From: Geotalea uraniireducens Rf4
GTDB taxonomy: Bacteria > Desulfobacterota > Desulfuromonadia > Geobacterales > Geobacteraceae
Direction: 5' to 3'
DNA: 32,000 nucleotides
Assembly: GCF_000016745.1 (NCBI RefSeq)
Contig: NC_009483.1
Location: 4,380,001-4,412,000, forward strand
Below the pieces are notes generated by a model. It had not been told where the DNA came from and ran no database searches. It worked only from the letters and a program-made list of their open reading frames with translations. A program made the translations under genes and the position numbers. Numbering within the stretch: the first letter of the stretch is position 1; each line of letters starts with the position of its first letter. Positions 8,531 through 17,336 of this stretch are shown piece after piece.

Positions 8531-9181
8531 ATGATAGAAAATATTTATCACTCAGATATTTCCATTGGCCTGCGCATTAAAGAGCTCCGGCAGGCCAAAG
8601 ACATGACCCAAAAAGAATTTGCCGACTCGCTCGGAATCGTGCAGGGCTTTCTAAGCGGCATCGAGCGAGGCAAAAAAAGTCCATCCGATACCCTCTTGAT
8701 CGCCCTGTGTCATCTTTATAAAATAAACAAAGAGTGGCTATATACCGGCAGGGGAGACATGTTCGGGAAGACGCAGTTACCCGACAAGCTCATCGAGGAA
8801 TTCGTCACGACAAGGATACCGCTGCTCAAGCGGATCCCCCAAGGATTTCCCGATTCGCTTAAAGAGGAAGATATCTGTGATTATGTTTCTCTACCGAATG
8901 GGCCGCAGGGGTGCTACGCCATCATCACATACGGAGATTTCATGGCACCGACCATCCGTGACGGCGATCTGGTCATCTTTAACTCTGGCGGCGAGTTGAG
9001 CAACAAGAATATTGTTCTCGTAAACAACAGGTGGAATGAGGCGATCCTGCGAAGATACCGGGTTGCCGGAAATGAGATATTTTTTTCGCCCGACAACCCG
9101 GCTTACGCCCCGTTCAAGCAGGACAACAACACGAAGATCATAGGCACGGTCGTTGATGTCTGGAGGAAAGTAAAGATCTGA
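8531..9181 (+). CDS. XRE-family HTH repressor fused to an S24 (LexA/CI-like) C-terminal domain, apparently catalytically dead
   Basis: 216 aa. The N-terminal Cro/C1 HTH reads IKELRQAKDMTQKEFADSLGIVQGFLSGIERGKKSPS. The C-terminal S24 fold reads GDFMAPTIRDGDLVIF ... AILRRY. The canonical GDSMxP serine is Phe and the VKRL lysine is Arg. Confidence 0.8.
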   Translation: MIENIYHSDISIGLRIKELRQAKDMTQKEFADSLGIVQGFLSGIERGKKSPSDTLLIALCHLYKINKEWLYTGRGDMFGKTQLPDKLIEEFVTTRIPLLKRIPQGFPDSLKEEDICDYVSLPNGPQGCYAIITYGDFMAPTIRDGDLVIFNSGGELSNKNIVLVNNRWNEAILRRYRVAGNEIFFSPDNPAYAPFKQDNNTKIIGTVVDVWRKVKI

Positions 9182-9191
9182 AGATGAACCG

Positions 9192-9644
9192 TTACAAACC
9201 GCAGGCCCTCATTTCCTTGTCCAGCTTATCCCTGCTGATGCCGAGAGCGCGGCAGATGGTATCCTTGTCGCAGTGGTAACGGTCCAGGGCCATGAGAAAC
9301 AGGGCCTTTTTCAGCGAATTGGACAGCTTGTCCATTACATTCGTTTTGCTCGTTGCCGAGATCAGCGAAAAGAGCGGTTCCAGGTTGCGTTCGAACAGCC
9401 TGGCGTTTTCATCGATTTTCCTTCTGCCGGACGCGTCCATTCTCTTCACCTTTACGATGTTGGCGATAAAATCGTCCATGTTGTCCTGTACATACCTCAG
9501 GGTATCCCAGTGGTTATCAACGGTCATCATCTGACTTGCGGCCTTCTCCGTGCCGGCTTTTCCCTTTCTCATCATAACCACTTCCATGACGCGGTAGCTG
9601 CATTCGCCGGCCTTTTCATCCGGCATCATATAACGGTATCCCAT
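9192..9644 (-). CDS. Small cytoplasmic protein (150 aa) with a C-terminal Fis-type HTH-like segment
   Basis: The ORF is open to 9716, but the ATG at 9644 is preceded by a strong SD (AAGGAGGATACGACC-ATG). The C-terminus KDTICRALGISRDKLDKEMRACGL resembles a Fis/NtrC-type HTH. It lies 31 nt downstream of the cytochrome gene. Confidence 0.55.
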   Translation of the reverse strand: MGYRYMMPDEKAGECSYRVMEVVMMRKGKAGTEKAASQMMTVDNHWDTLRYVQDNMDDFIANIVKVKRMDASGRRKIDENARLFERNLEPLFSLISATSKTNVMDKLSNSLKKALFLMALDRYHCDKDTICRALGISRDKLDKEMRACGL

Positions 9645-9675
9645 GGTCGTATCCTCCTTACCGTCGTTGACGTTT

Positions 9676-10272
9676 TTATTTGATATGACAGGAGAAGCAG
9701 AGGTTGCTGTACTCATTGCTCGTCACCAGGTGGTTCCTATCCGGGTTGAGCGGATTATGGCAACTCAGGCATCCCACCTTGCCGTCGACAAAGAGCATGT
9801 TCGGATTGAGGCTGTTGACGCTTCTCAACTGGTCGTTCATATAACTGGCATTCCCGTAATGCATGCCGATCGGATGACTGCCCAGCGCACTTTGCGCAGC
9901 ATCCGCATCGGGCCGGCTCGTGTTTTTAAAACGGGTATCGTGGGAAGGGGCGCTCGTACCATCGTGGCAGGAGATGCAGTCGAAGGAAAACGCATCGATC
10001 TCCAATCGTTCACCGCCGTTGACGATTACCCTGTTATTGTCGCCGGACATCTCGCCGTAGAGTGAGGTGGCAGCCTGCCTGGCGACAGCAAACCGGTTTT
10101 GGAATAAGACCTTTTCGTAGGGGTCCTCCAGCTGCCGGGTAAAAGAGCAGATACCCAATGAGCCATCACCAAGCGAAGCAGAAGCGATGCTGGCGGTAGA
10201 GACGAAAGCGGAAGCAAAAAGAGCGGCTACCATGAATTTCTTTGCGCCGGATGTAAAGTTTGTCGTTAGCAT
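9676..10272 (-). CDS. Periplasmic triheme c-type cytochrome
   Basis: 198 aa. It has an N-terminal signal peptide (KKFMVAALFASAFVSTASIASA) and three CxxCH heme-binding motifs (CISCH, CLSCH, CFSCH). A SHPIGMHY segment typical of paired-CXXCH cytochromes is also present. Confidence 0.85.
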   Translation of the reverse strand: MLTTNFTSGAKKFMVAALFASAFVSTASIASASLGDGSLGICSFTRQLEDPYEKVLFQNRFAVARQAATSLYGEMSGDNNRVIVNGGERLEIDAFSFDCISCHDGTSAPSHDTRFKNTSRPDADAAQSALGSHPIGMHYGNASYMNDQLRSVNSLNPNMLFVDGKVGCLSCHNPLNPDRNHLVTSNEYSNLCFSCHIK

Positions 10273-10557
10273 GGCCTGTCCCTCCTGAAAGCGTTGTCTT
10301 TACCTTAGCTATTACAACAGCCGTACCAGCGGACGGATAAGCAGTAATTATCCTGTAACGACCTTAAATTGTTGGGCAAATTGGTGGCAACGGGCGAAAG
10401 TTGTCACCACGACTGCGGCAGCGCAACTGTTCTAAGATTGCACAGGAATCATTGTGGAATCAATAAATAGGCTGCTATATCAATACGTTGAGAATGAATT
10501 GATAAAAATGAACAGCGGTTCTTCTTTGCACAGGGAACCTTCAAGCACCTGCATTGC

Positions 10558-10585
10558 TTGAATATCACGGCAACTATGCTATTAT
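10558..10585 (+). promoter_or_regulatory. Candidate sigma-70 promoter for the oxidoreductase operon
   Basis: TTGAAT (10558-10563), a 16-nt spacer, then TATTAT (10580-10585). It lies 36 nt upstream of the ATG at 10622. Confidence 0.35.
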
Positions 10586-10621
10586 TAATCCTCATTTAAT
10601 GCTACACTGTCGGATGATCCC

Positions 10622-12154
10622 ATGCAAAGCGCACCCTTCATTCTTCCCGATGATGACCACAACAGAACCCTGGTTGACAACGTCCACCCCGGTAACTGGA
10701 CAAATCCTGCTCCTGCCGAGCGTTACAACCTTGTGGTTATCGGCGCAGGCACTGCCGGGCTCGTCACTGCCGCCGGCGCCGCCGGCCTCGGGGCAAAGGT
10801 AGCCCTCATCGAGCGACACCTCCTGGGAGGTGACTGCCTCAATTACGGCTGCGTCCCCTCCAAAGGAATCATCCGTGCCGCCCGGGCTATCCATGACGTG
10901 CGAACCGCCCATGAATTCGGTGTGGACGGGGGAGAAAGTCTCCCTATAGATTTTACGGCCGCCATGAAGCGGATGCGGCGAATAAGGAGCGAGATTAGTC
11001 CCCACGACTCGGCCCGGCGCTTCCGGGACGAGCTGGGGATCGACGTCTTCTTCGGCGCGGGAAGCTTTACCGGCTCCGACTCCGTCGAGGTCGGAGGAAA
11101 ACTGCTGCGCTTTAAAAAGGCGGCCATTTGCACCGGGGCGAGGGCTGCCGCCCCTCCCATTCCGGGGATCGTTGAAGCGGGCTACCTCACCAACGAAACG
11201 GTCTTCTCCCTCACCGAACTGCCGCAGAGGCTCGCCGTCATCGGCGGCGGCCCCATCGGCTGCGAGATGGCCCAGACCTTTGCCCGGCTGGGGAGCAAGG
11301 TGACCGTCCTGGAATACTCAGACCACCTCCTTTCCCGGGAAGACGCCGACGCTGCGGAAATCGTGCAGAATGCCCTGATGGATGACGGGGTTGAGCTCTG
11401 CCTGCGAGCCAGCATCCTGGCTGTCGCAAGACGCGACAACGACAAGATCATCACCGTCGAGCAGGATGGAAAAGGGATGGAGCTGGCGTTCGACGAGATC
11501 CTGGTCGGTATCGGCCGGGCTCCCAACATGGAGGGGCTGAATCTGGAGGCGGCAGGGGTTGCCTACGACCCTAAAGTGGGAGTAACGGTGAACGAGCGGC
11601 TCCAGAGCACCAACCCGCGGATCTTTGCCGCCGGCGACATCTGTTTCCCTTACAAGTTCACCCACTCCGCCGACGCCCTGGCACGCATCCTGATCGCCAA
11701 CGCGCTATTCATGGGACGGCAGAAGACATCTGCCCTCACCATCCCATGGTGCACTTATACCGAACCGGAGATCGCCCACGTGGGGATGTACGAGCGGGAG
11801 GCCCGGGAAAAGGGGATCGAGGTGACGACCCTGACCGTGCCACTCAGCGAGGTGGACCGGGCGCTCCTCGACGGAGAGTCGGAGGGGTTTGCCCGGGTGC
11901 ACCTGAGAAAGGGGACCGACCGGATTCTCGGCGCAACCATCGTCGCCCGCCATGCCGGCGAGATGATTAATGAGATGTCGCTGGCCATGACCGCCGGCCT
12001 CGGCCTCTCAGCTGTCGGCAAAACCATTCATCCCTACCCCACCCAGGCGGAGGCGATCAAGAAGCTCGCCGATGCCTATAACCGCACCCGGCTCACCCCA
12101 TTCGTGAAGAAAATCCTCAGCGTCTGGTTGAAATGGCAGAGAAAAACGCAATGA
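10622..12154 (+). CDS. FAD-dependent pyridine nucleotide-disulfide oxidoreductase (mercuric reductase / dihydrolipoamide dehydrogenase-like class I)
   Basis: 510 aa. It has the FAD-binding motif VVIGAGTAGL and the redox-active disulfide GGDCLNYGCVPSK. It also has an NAD-binding GGGPIGCE and a C-terminal dimerisation-domain HPYPT motif. There is no N-terminal HMA/MerA metal-binding domain. Confidence 0.85.
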   Translation: MQSAPFILPDDDHNRTLVDNVHPGNWTNPAPAERYNLVVIGAGTAGLVTAAGAAGLGAKVALIERHLLGGDCLNYGCVPSKGIIRAARAIHDVRTAHEFGVDGGESLPIDFTAAMKRMRRIRSEISPHDSARRFRDELGIDVFFGAGSFTGSDSVEVGGKLLRFKKAAICTGARAAAPPIPGIVEAGYLTNETVFSLTELPQRLAVIGGGPIGCEMAQTFARLGSKVTVLEYSDHLLSREDADAAEIVQNALMDDGVELCLRASILAVARRDNDKIITVEQDGKGMELAFDEILVGIGRAPNMEGLNLEAAGVAYDPKVGVTVNERLQSTNPRIFAAGDICFPYKFTHSADALARILIANALFMGRQKTSALTIPWCTYTEPEIAHVGMYEREAREKGIEVTTLTVPLSEVDRALLDGESEGFARVHLRKGTDRILGATIVARHAGEMINEMSLAMTAGLGLSAVGKTIHPYPTQAEAIKKLADAYNRTRLTPFVKKILSVWLKWQRKTQ

Positions 12155-12852
12155 ATCGGAAAAAACTCGTTATACTCACAATTGTCGCTGCACTCATCGC
12201 CCTTTTCTTCTACTTCGATCTGGGGAGATATCTGACTCTGGAATCATTAAAGGCCAACCGGCTGACCTTGGTGCGTTTCCACGATACACACAGAGTGGCC
12301 ACGGCAGGGATATTCATGGCGGTTTACATCGTGCAGACCGCCCTCTCCCTTCCCGGCGCAGCCATACTGTCGCTCGCCGCAGGCGCCGTATTCGGAGCGG
12401 CCATGGGGACCATCTATTCCAACATAGCAGCCACCCTCGGCGCCACCCTCGCCTTCCTGGTGGCCAGATATCTTTTCCGCAATTCGATCCAGAGCAAATT
12501 CGGGGTCAGGCTCAGCAAATTGAACACCGAGCTGGAGCAAAGGGGGCTCAACTATCTGCTTTTCCTCCGCCTGGTGCCGGTCTTCCCCTTCTTCCTCATC
12601 AACCTGGGGGCCGGATTGACAAAACTGCCGCTGCGGACTTTTTTCTTCGGCACCATGTTCGGCATTATCCCCGGTGGTTTCGTCTATTGCAACGCCGGGG
12701 CCAGCCTGGCATCCATCAACAGCATGAGGGAAATCGCCTCCCCGCGGGTGCTCGGATCCTTTGCCCTGCTGGGCCTCTTTGCCCTGGTGCCGGTGTTTTA
12801 CCAGAAACTGAAAGCAAGAAAACGGGAATCGGGGATCGGGGATCAGCAATAA
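12151..12852 (+). CDS. TVP38/TMEM64 (DedA-related) family inner-membrane protein
   Basis: A multi-pass membrane protein with the family-typical PGAAILSLAAGAVFG and FLRLVPVFPF segments. The ATG at 12151 overlaps the upstream TGA as ATGA. An alternative start lies at 12133. Confidence 0.8.
   Translation: MNRKKLVILTIVAALIALFFYFDLGRYLTLESLKANRLTLVRFHDTHRVATAGIFMAVYIVQTALSLPGAAILSLAAGAVFGAAMGTIYSNIAATLGATLAFLVARYLFRNSIQSKFGVRLSKLNTELEQRGLNYLLFLRLVPVFPFFLINLGAGLTKLPLRTFFFGTMFGIIPGGFVYCNAGASLASINSMREIASPRVLGSFALLGLFALVPVFYQKLKARKRESGIGDQQ
12824..12844. repeat. Heptanucleotide tandem repeat GGGAATC-GGGGATC-GGGGATC inside the 3' end of the TVP38 gene
   Basis: Direct reading. It encodes the C-terminal ...ESGIGDQQ tail and ends 6 nt before the TAA stop. 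Confidence 0.8.
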
Positions 12853-12864
12853 GATGTGGAACCA

Positions 12865-12892
12865 CCAGTTCCCAGTTCCCAGTTCCCAGTTC
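12865..12892. repeat. Heptanucleotide tandem repeat (CCAGTTC)x4
   Basis: Direct reading shows four perfect units. The array starts 12 nt after the TVP38 stop and ends 18 nt before the preferred start of the radical SAM gene. Confidence 0.92.
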
Positions 12893-12910
12893 ACTATTCA
12901 CGGAGTCAAG

Positions 12911-13867
12911 ATGGTCGCTGTCTTCAAAGAACGCTTACTGAAAATCAACCCGGTTTACATCAGATTCGATTCACTGCAGACACTGCAGCTCAATCTCGGC
13001 AATCTCTGCAACCTGAGCTGCAGCCACTGCCATGTAAACGCTTCCCCACACGGCAAGGAAATCATGGACAAGGAAGTAATGACGAAGGTCATAGCCTTCC
13101 TCGCCCGGCAAAGCGGCATCACCCTGGACATAACCGGCGGCTGCCCCGAGCTGAACCCCCACTTCCGTTTTCTCATCGAGGCAACCGACGGCCTCTCCCC
13201 CCGCCGCATCGTGCGGAGCAACCTGGCCATCACGCAGGAAGCGGGGATGGCGTGGCTGACGGAGTTTTACCGGGAGCACGATCTGGTCATCACCGCATCC
13301 CTCCCCTGCTACCTTGAGGAAAACGTGGACCGGCAGCGGGGCCAGGGGGTCCACGCCAAATCCATTGCGGCTCTGAAGAAACTGAACGCTCTCGGCTACG
13401 GAAGGACGCACGAACTGAACCTGGTCTATAATCCTGGTGGAGACTACATACCCGGCGCACAGAAAGAGCTGGAGACTGCCTATAAGGCCGAATTGCTCGA
13501 ATGCTACGGCGTTACGTTCAACAATCTCTACGCCATTACCAACGCACCGATAGGCCGCTTCAGGGAGTACCTGGAAATGAAGGGAGCCTATGAGCGTTAC
13601 CTGAACCTGCTGGCCACCAGCTTTAACCCGGACGCCGCCCAAAACATCATGTGCCGCACGCTGGTAAGCGTCGACTGGAAGGGTTTTCTCTACAACTGCG
13701 ACTTCAACCAGGCCATAGGTCTCCCCATCACCGATGAAGATGGCGGCATACTGATGATCGACGATCTGGAAAATGCGGCCAGAACCGGCAATGAACTGTT
13801 CCTGGCCCAGCACTGTTACTGCTGCACCGCAGGTGAAGGCTCCAGCTGCACAGGCGTACTGGCGTAA
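12911..13867 (+). CDS. Radical SAM/Cys-rich domain protein (ArsS-like, arsenosugar-biosynthesis radical SAM family)
   Basis: It has the CxxxCxxC cluster motif LCNLSCSHCH and a C-terminal Cys-rich tail HCYCCTAGEGSSCTG typical of this family. The ATG at 12911 follows an ACGGAG SD. The ORF is also open from the ATG at 12854, which would translate the heptad array. Confidence 0.75.
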   Translation: MVAVFKERLLKINPVYIRFDSLQTLQLNLGNLCNLSCSHCHVNASPHGKEIMDKEVMTKVIAFLARQSGITLDITGGCPELNPHFRFLIEATDGLSPRRIVRSNLAITQEAGMAWLTEFYREHDLVITASLPCYLEENVDRQRGQGVHAKSIAALKKLNALGYGRTHELNLVYNPGGDYIPGAQKELETAYKAELLECYGVTFNNLYAITNAPIGRFREYLEMKGAYERYLNLLATSFNPDAAQNIMCRTLVSVDWKGFLYNCDFNQAIGLPITDEDGGILMIDDLENAARTGNELFLAQHCYCCTAGEGSSCTGVLA

Positions 13868-13927
13868 CCGGAGAGCGTATCGTTTCGGACCTTGTGCGAT
13901 ATTTTCAATCATCTTACGGAGGGAATA

Positions 13928-15520
13928 ATGGACAAACTGCATCTCTGGGAACGGTATAAAAGTCATCTGAATGTCAACCCTGCCATCGGCCTCATGCTCG
14001 ACATCAGTCGCATGGATTTCCCCGACGGTTTTTTCAATGACATTGAACAGCGCATGCAGAAGGCCTTTAACGACATGGCCGAGCTTGAGGGGGGAGCAAT
14101 AGCCAACCAGGACGAAAGGCGGATGGTCGGCCATTACTGGTTAAGGGAACCGAACCTTGCCCCGACCGGCGGACTTGCGGCGGAGATAGCGTTCACGCTG
14201 CGAGGGATAAAGGAATTTGCCGCCGGGGTCCATGACGGGACTGTGACCGCCCCGACCGGCAAACGCTTCATGCGGATGCTGGTGGTGGGGATAGGCGGCT
14301 CTGCCCTGGGTCCCCAGTTTGTGGCCGATGCACTCGGCTCGGCAGCAGATCGGCTAAGACCGTACTTCTTCGACAACACCGATCCGGACGGCATGGACCG
14401 GGTCTTGGCGGAGATCGGCGCTAGTCTCCGGGAAACCATGACCATCGTCATTTCCAAGAGCGGCGGCACCAAGGAAACAAGGAACGGCATGCTGGAGGCA
14501 AAACGGGCGTATCATGCAATGGGACTTGAATTCGCCGAACACGCCGTTGCAGTGACCGGCAAGGACAGCGAACTGGACAAAACAGCCGTACGGGAAGGGT
14601 GGTTGGCCCGTTTCCCCATGTGGGACTGGGTGGGCGGCCGCACCTCGGTAACCTCGGCGGTGGGGCTTCTCCCTGCCGCCCTCCAGGGGATCGACATTGC
14701 CGCGCTGTTGGAAGGGGCACGGCTCTGCGACGAAATCACCCGCGGCAGGGAAACCCGCGCCAATCCTGCCGCGCTCCTGGCGCTCATGTGGCATCACGCA
14801 ACCGCCGGTCGCGGCGCGAAGGACATGGTGATCCTCCCCTACAAGGACCGTCTCCTCCTTTTTTCCCGCTACCTCCAGCAGCTCATCATGGAATCCATCG
14901 GCAAGGAGCGGGACCTGGACGGCAACATCGTCAACCAGGGAATCGCGGTCTACGGCAACAAAGGCTCCACAGACCAGCACGCCTATGTGCAGCAGTTACG
15001 GGAAGGGGTGAACAACTTCTTCGTCACCTTCATCGAGGTGCTGCAAGACCGGGAAGGGAAATCCATGGAGGTGGAAGCAGGTGTTACCAGCGGTGACTAC
15101 CTGAACGGCTTTTTCCAGGGGACGCGGCAGGCTTTGTATGAAAATGGCAGGGAATCCCTGACCATCACCGTCGACCGGCTCGACGCCCGCACCATCGGCG
15201 CCCTGATCGCGCTTTACGAACGGGCAGTCGGCTATTATGCCAGTCTCGTCAATATCAACGCCTATCACCAACCGGGAGTGGAAGCGGGGAAAAAGGCAGC
15301 GGGAGTAGTGCTCAACCTGCAAGGTGAGGTGCTGTCGTATCTGCATCGTGCCCAAGGGATGGAATTTACGGCAGAGGAGATGGCCGCCGCCATCGGAGCA
15401 GAGAAAGAGGTGGAAACCGTTTTCAAGATTCTCCTCCATGCATCCGCCAACCCGGGCCACGGCATAGCCAGGGAAGCGGGTGAAACCGTTTTCGATTGGA
15501 GATTCCGTTCCGTGCGCTGA
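13928..15520 (+). CDS. pgi: Glucose-6-phosphate isomerase
   Basis: About 530 aa with SIS-domain PGI signatures ([47 protein letters not shown]). The ATG at 13928 follows a GGAGGG SD. Confidence 0.92.
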
Positions 15521-15546
15521 TTTTGTCGGCCGCAACGGAACACCTG

Positions 15547-16395
15547 CTACTCCCGGTCTCGCAGCTTCAAGGCTTCGGCATAGACATCGCTGCGGGGGAG
15601 GCCGGTCTCCATGGCCACCAGTTTCACCGCATCCTTCAACGATAACTCACCACGGTCCAGATAATCGCCAAGCAATTCGGCGAGAGGCCGGGAGGTTCCC
15701 TCCTCCCGGCCGCCGCTCCGGGGAGCGACGAGGACAACCACTTCCCCCTTGATCTTGCGCTCGTTAAGCTGGTCGATGACAGCGGAGATGTCCCCCCTGA
15801 TGAATTCCTCGTAGACCTTGGTAAGCTCCCTTGCAACAACTATTTCCCGATCGCCGAGGATGTCCCGCATGTCGGCCAGGGCCGCGTGAAGCCGGTTGGG
15901 CGATTCATAAAAGATCAAGACGCGGCGCTCGTCCCTGAGCAAGGCGAGCTTATCCCGACGCTTACCCTGGCGATTGGGGAGAAAGCCTTCGAAGACGAAG
16001 GTATCCGTCGGCAGCCCCGAAGCGGAAAGGGCGGTGATGGCTGCGGACGGCCCCGGAACCGGCACGACGGTGAAGCCGGCGGCAACCGCATCACGCACCA
16101 GCTGATAGCCCGGATCGGAGATGCACGGCGTGCCGGCATCGGTGATGAGGGCCACGGTGCGCCCTTCCCCGAGCTGGTCCAGGATATACTTCCCCTTCAG
16201 ATGCTTGTTGTGGTCAAAGTAGGAGGTAAGCGGCTTCGAGATGCCGAAGTGGGAGAGGAGCTTGCGGGAATGGCGTGTATCCTCGGCGGCGATCAGGTCG
16301 GCCTCTTTCAGGATGCGCACCGCCCGGAAGGTGATGTCTTCCAGGTTGCCGATGGGGGTGGCCACAATGTAAAGGGTTCCGGTGGGTTCAGACAT
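15547..16395 (-). CDS. rsmI: 16S rRNA (cytidine1402-2'-O)-methyltransferase
   Basis: 282 aa. The tetrapyrrole-methylase fold begins GTLYIVATPIGNLEDITFRAVRILKEADLIAAEDTRHS, which is typical of RsmI. Confidence 0.9.
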   Translation of the reverse strand: MSEPTGTLYIVATPIGNLEDITFRAVRILKEADLIAAEDTRHSRKLLSHFGISKPLTSYFDHNKHLKGKYILDQLGEGRTVALITDAGTPCISDPGYQLVRDAVAAGFTVVPVPGPSAAITALSASGLPTDTFVFEGFLPNRQGKRRDKLALLRDERRVLIFYESPNRLHAALADMRDILGDREIVVARELTKVYEEFIRGDISAVIDQLNERKIKGEVVVLVAPRSGGREEGTSRPLAELLGDYLDRGELSLKDAVKLVAMETGLPRSDVYAEALKLRDRE

Positions 16396-16430
16396 TACTT
16401 TTTCCTATAAGCCACAACCTGCGTGTCCTC

Positions 16431-16495
16431 CGGGTAAAAAGGACCGAGGATCGAAGAACGAGGTTTTGGTTGTTCTCGGTCCTCGGACCTCGGAC
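16431..16495 (-). terminator. Candidate intrinsic terminator after nadE, built from inverted heptad arrays
   Basis: On the minus strand, GTCCGAG-GTCCGAG-GACCGAG, a 12-nt loop and CTCGTTC-TTCGATC-CTCGGTC form an imperfect ~21-bp hairpin. It is followed by C-TTTTT. Confidence 0.45.
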
Positions 16496-16509
16496 CTCGT
16501 GCCTCGATC
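16442..16509. repeat. Two opposed heptanucleotide arrays. (GAnCGAr)x3 occupies 16442-16462 and (CTCGnnC)x5 occupies 16475-16509.
   Basis: Direct reading. The left units are GACCGAG, GATCGAA and GAACGAG. The right units are CTCGGTC, CTCGGAC, CTCGGAC, CTCGTGC and CTCGATC. The two arms are reverse complements of each other. Confidence 0.85.
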
Positions 16510-16514
16510 CTGCC

Positions 16515-17336
16515 TTATTTCCCCCAGTCGCGGGAGTAGCGGAAGTCCCGGTCGATGGTCCGGGTGGAGACCTTGGCGATCACCGGCAGACGGCGCTTGA
16601 AGTGGGAATTCTGCACCTTGCCGTAAATCTTGTCGATGAAGTCGGCGGAAAACCCCTGGGCAATGAGCTCTTGACGATTGCAGCGGAGATCCACCATCTG
16701 GTAAAGGAGTTCATCAACCTCACGGTAGGTGAAGCCCAGTTCCTGCTCATCGGTCTGCCCTGCCCAGAGATCGGCGGAAGGTTTTTTCTCAATGACCTCC
16801 CGCGGGACCCCCATCGCCTCGGACAGCTGCCAGACCTGGGTTTTGTAGATGTCGCCGATGGGATTGAGGGCGCTCGCCATGTCACCGAAGAGGGTGCCGT
16901 AGCCGAGCAAGAGCTCGGTCTTGTTGCTGGTGCCGAGCACCAGGGCTGAGTAGGCCGCAGAATGGTCATAGAGGATGGTCATCCGCTCCCGGGCCATCTT
17001 GTTCCCGCGCCGCATGTTGTCGGCATCGGGGACCATTTGGAAATAGGCGTCCACCATGGGGGTGATCTCGATCACCCGGTAATTGATACCGAGCCGTTCG
17101 GCAACCAGCCGGGCATGGGCCTCGCTCTCCGGGTTGCTGGTGCGGTAGGGCATGGTGCAGGCATAAACATTTTCCGGGCCAAGCGCTTCTGCGGCCAGGT
17201 AGGCGACAAGCGCCGAATCGATTCCGCCGGAAAGGCCGAGCACGGCCTTTTGCAGCCCTATCTTACGCACTTCTTCCCGGATAAAGCCGACAAGTATCCG
17301 GCGCAGTAATTCCGTATTCATCGCAAGTCCCGCCAT
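16515..17336 (-). CDS. nadE: NAD+ synthetase, synthetase (ATP-pyrophosphatase) subunit
   Basis: 273 aa. It has the PP-loop motif [12 protein letters not shown] and NadE family signatures. Its ATG overlaps the stop of the upstream C-N hydrolase gene as ATGA (17334-17338). Confidence 0.9.

Noticed and set aside
12247-12894. 215-aa minus-strand ORF. Similar long antisense ORFs lie at 14354-14980, 14996-15535, 15886-16410, 17735-18343, 23224-23922, 29579-30331 and 31127-31807.
   Set aside because: Each lies opposite a confidently identified gene and has low-complexity Arg/Gly/Pro/His-rich translations. None has a start context or domain signature. I treat them as frame shadows.
12971-14134. Long 387-aa minus-strand ORF overlapping the radical SAM and pgi genes.
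   Set aside because: It is antisense to two ORFs with clear family signatures (the CxxxCxxC radical SAM motif and PGI motifs). Its composition is Gly/Ala/Val/Gln-rich with no recognisable motif. This is a typical shadow ORF in GC-rich coding DNA.
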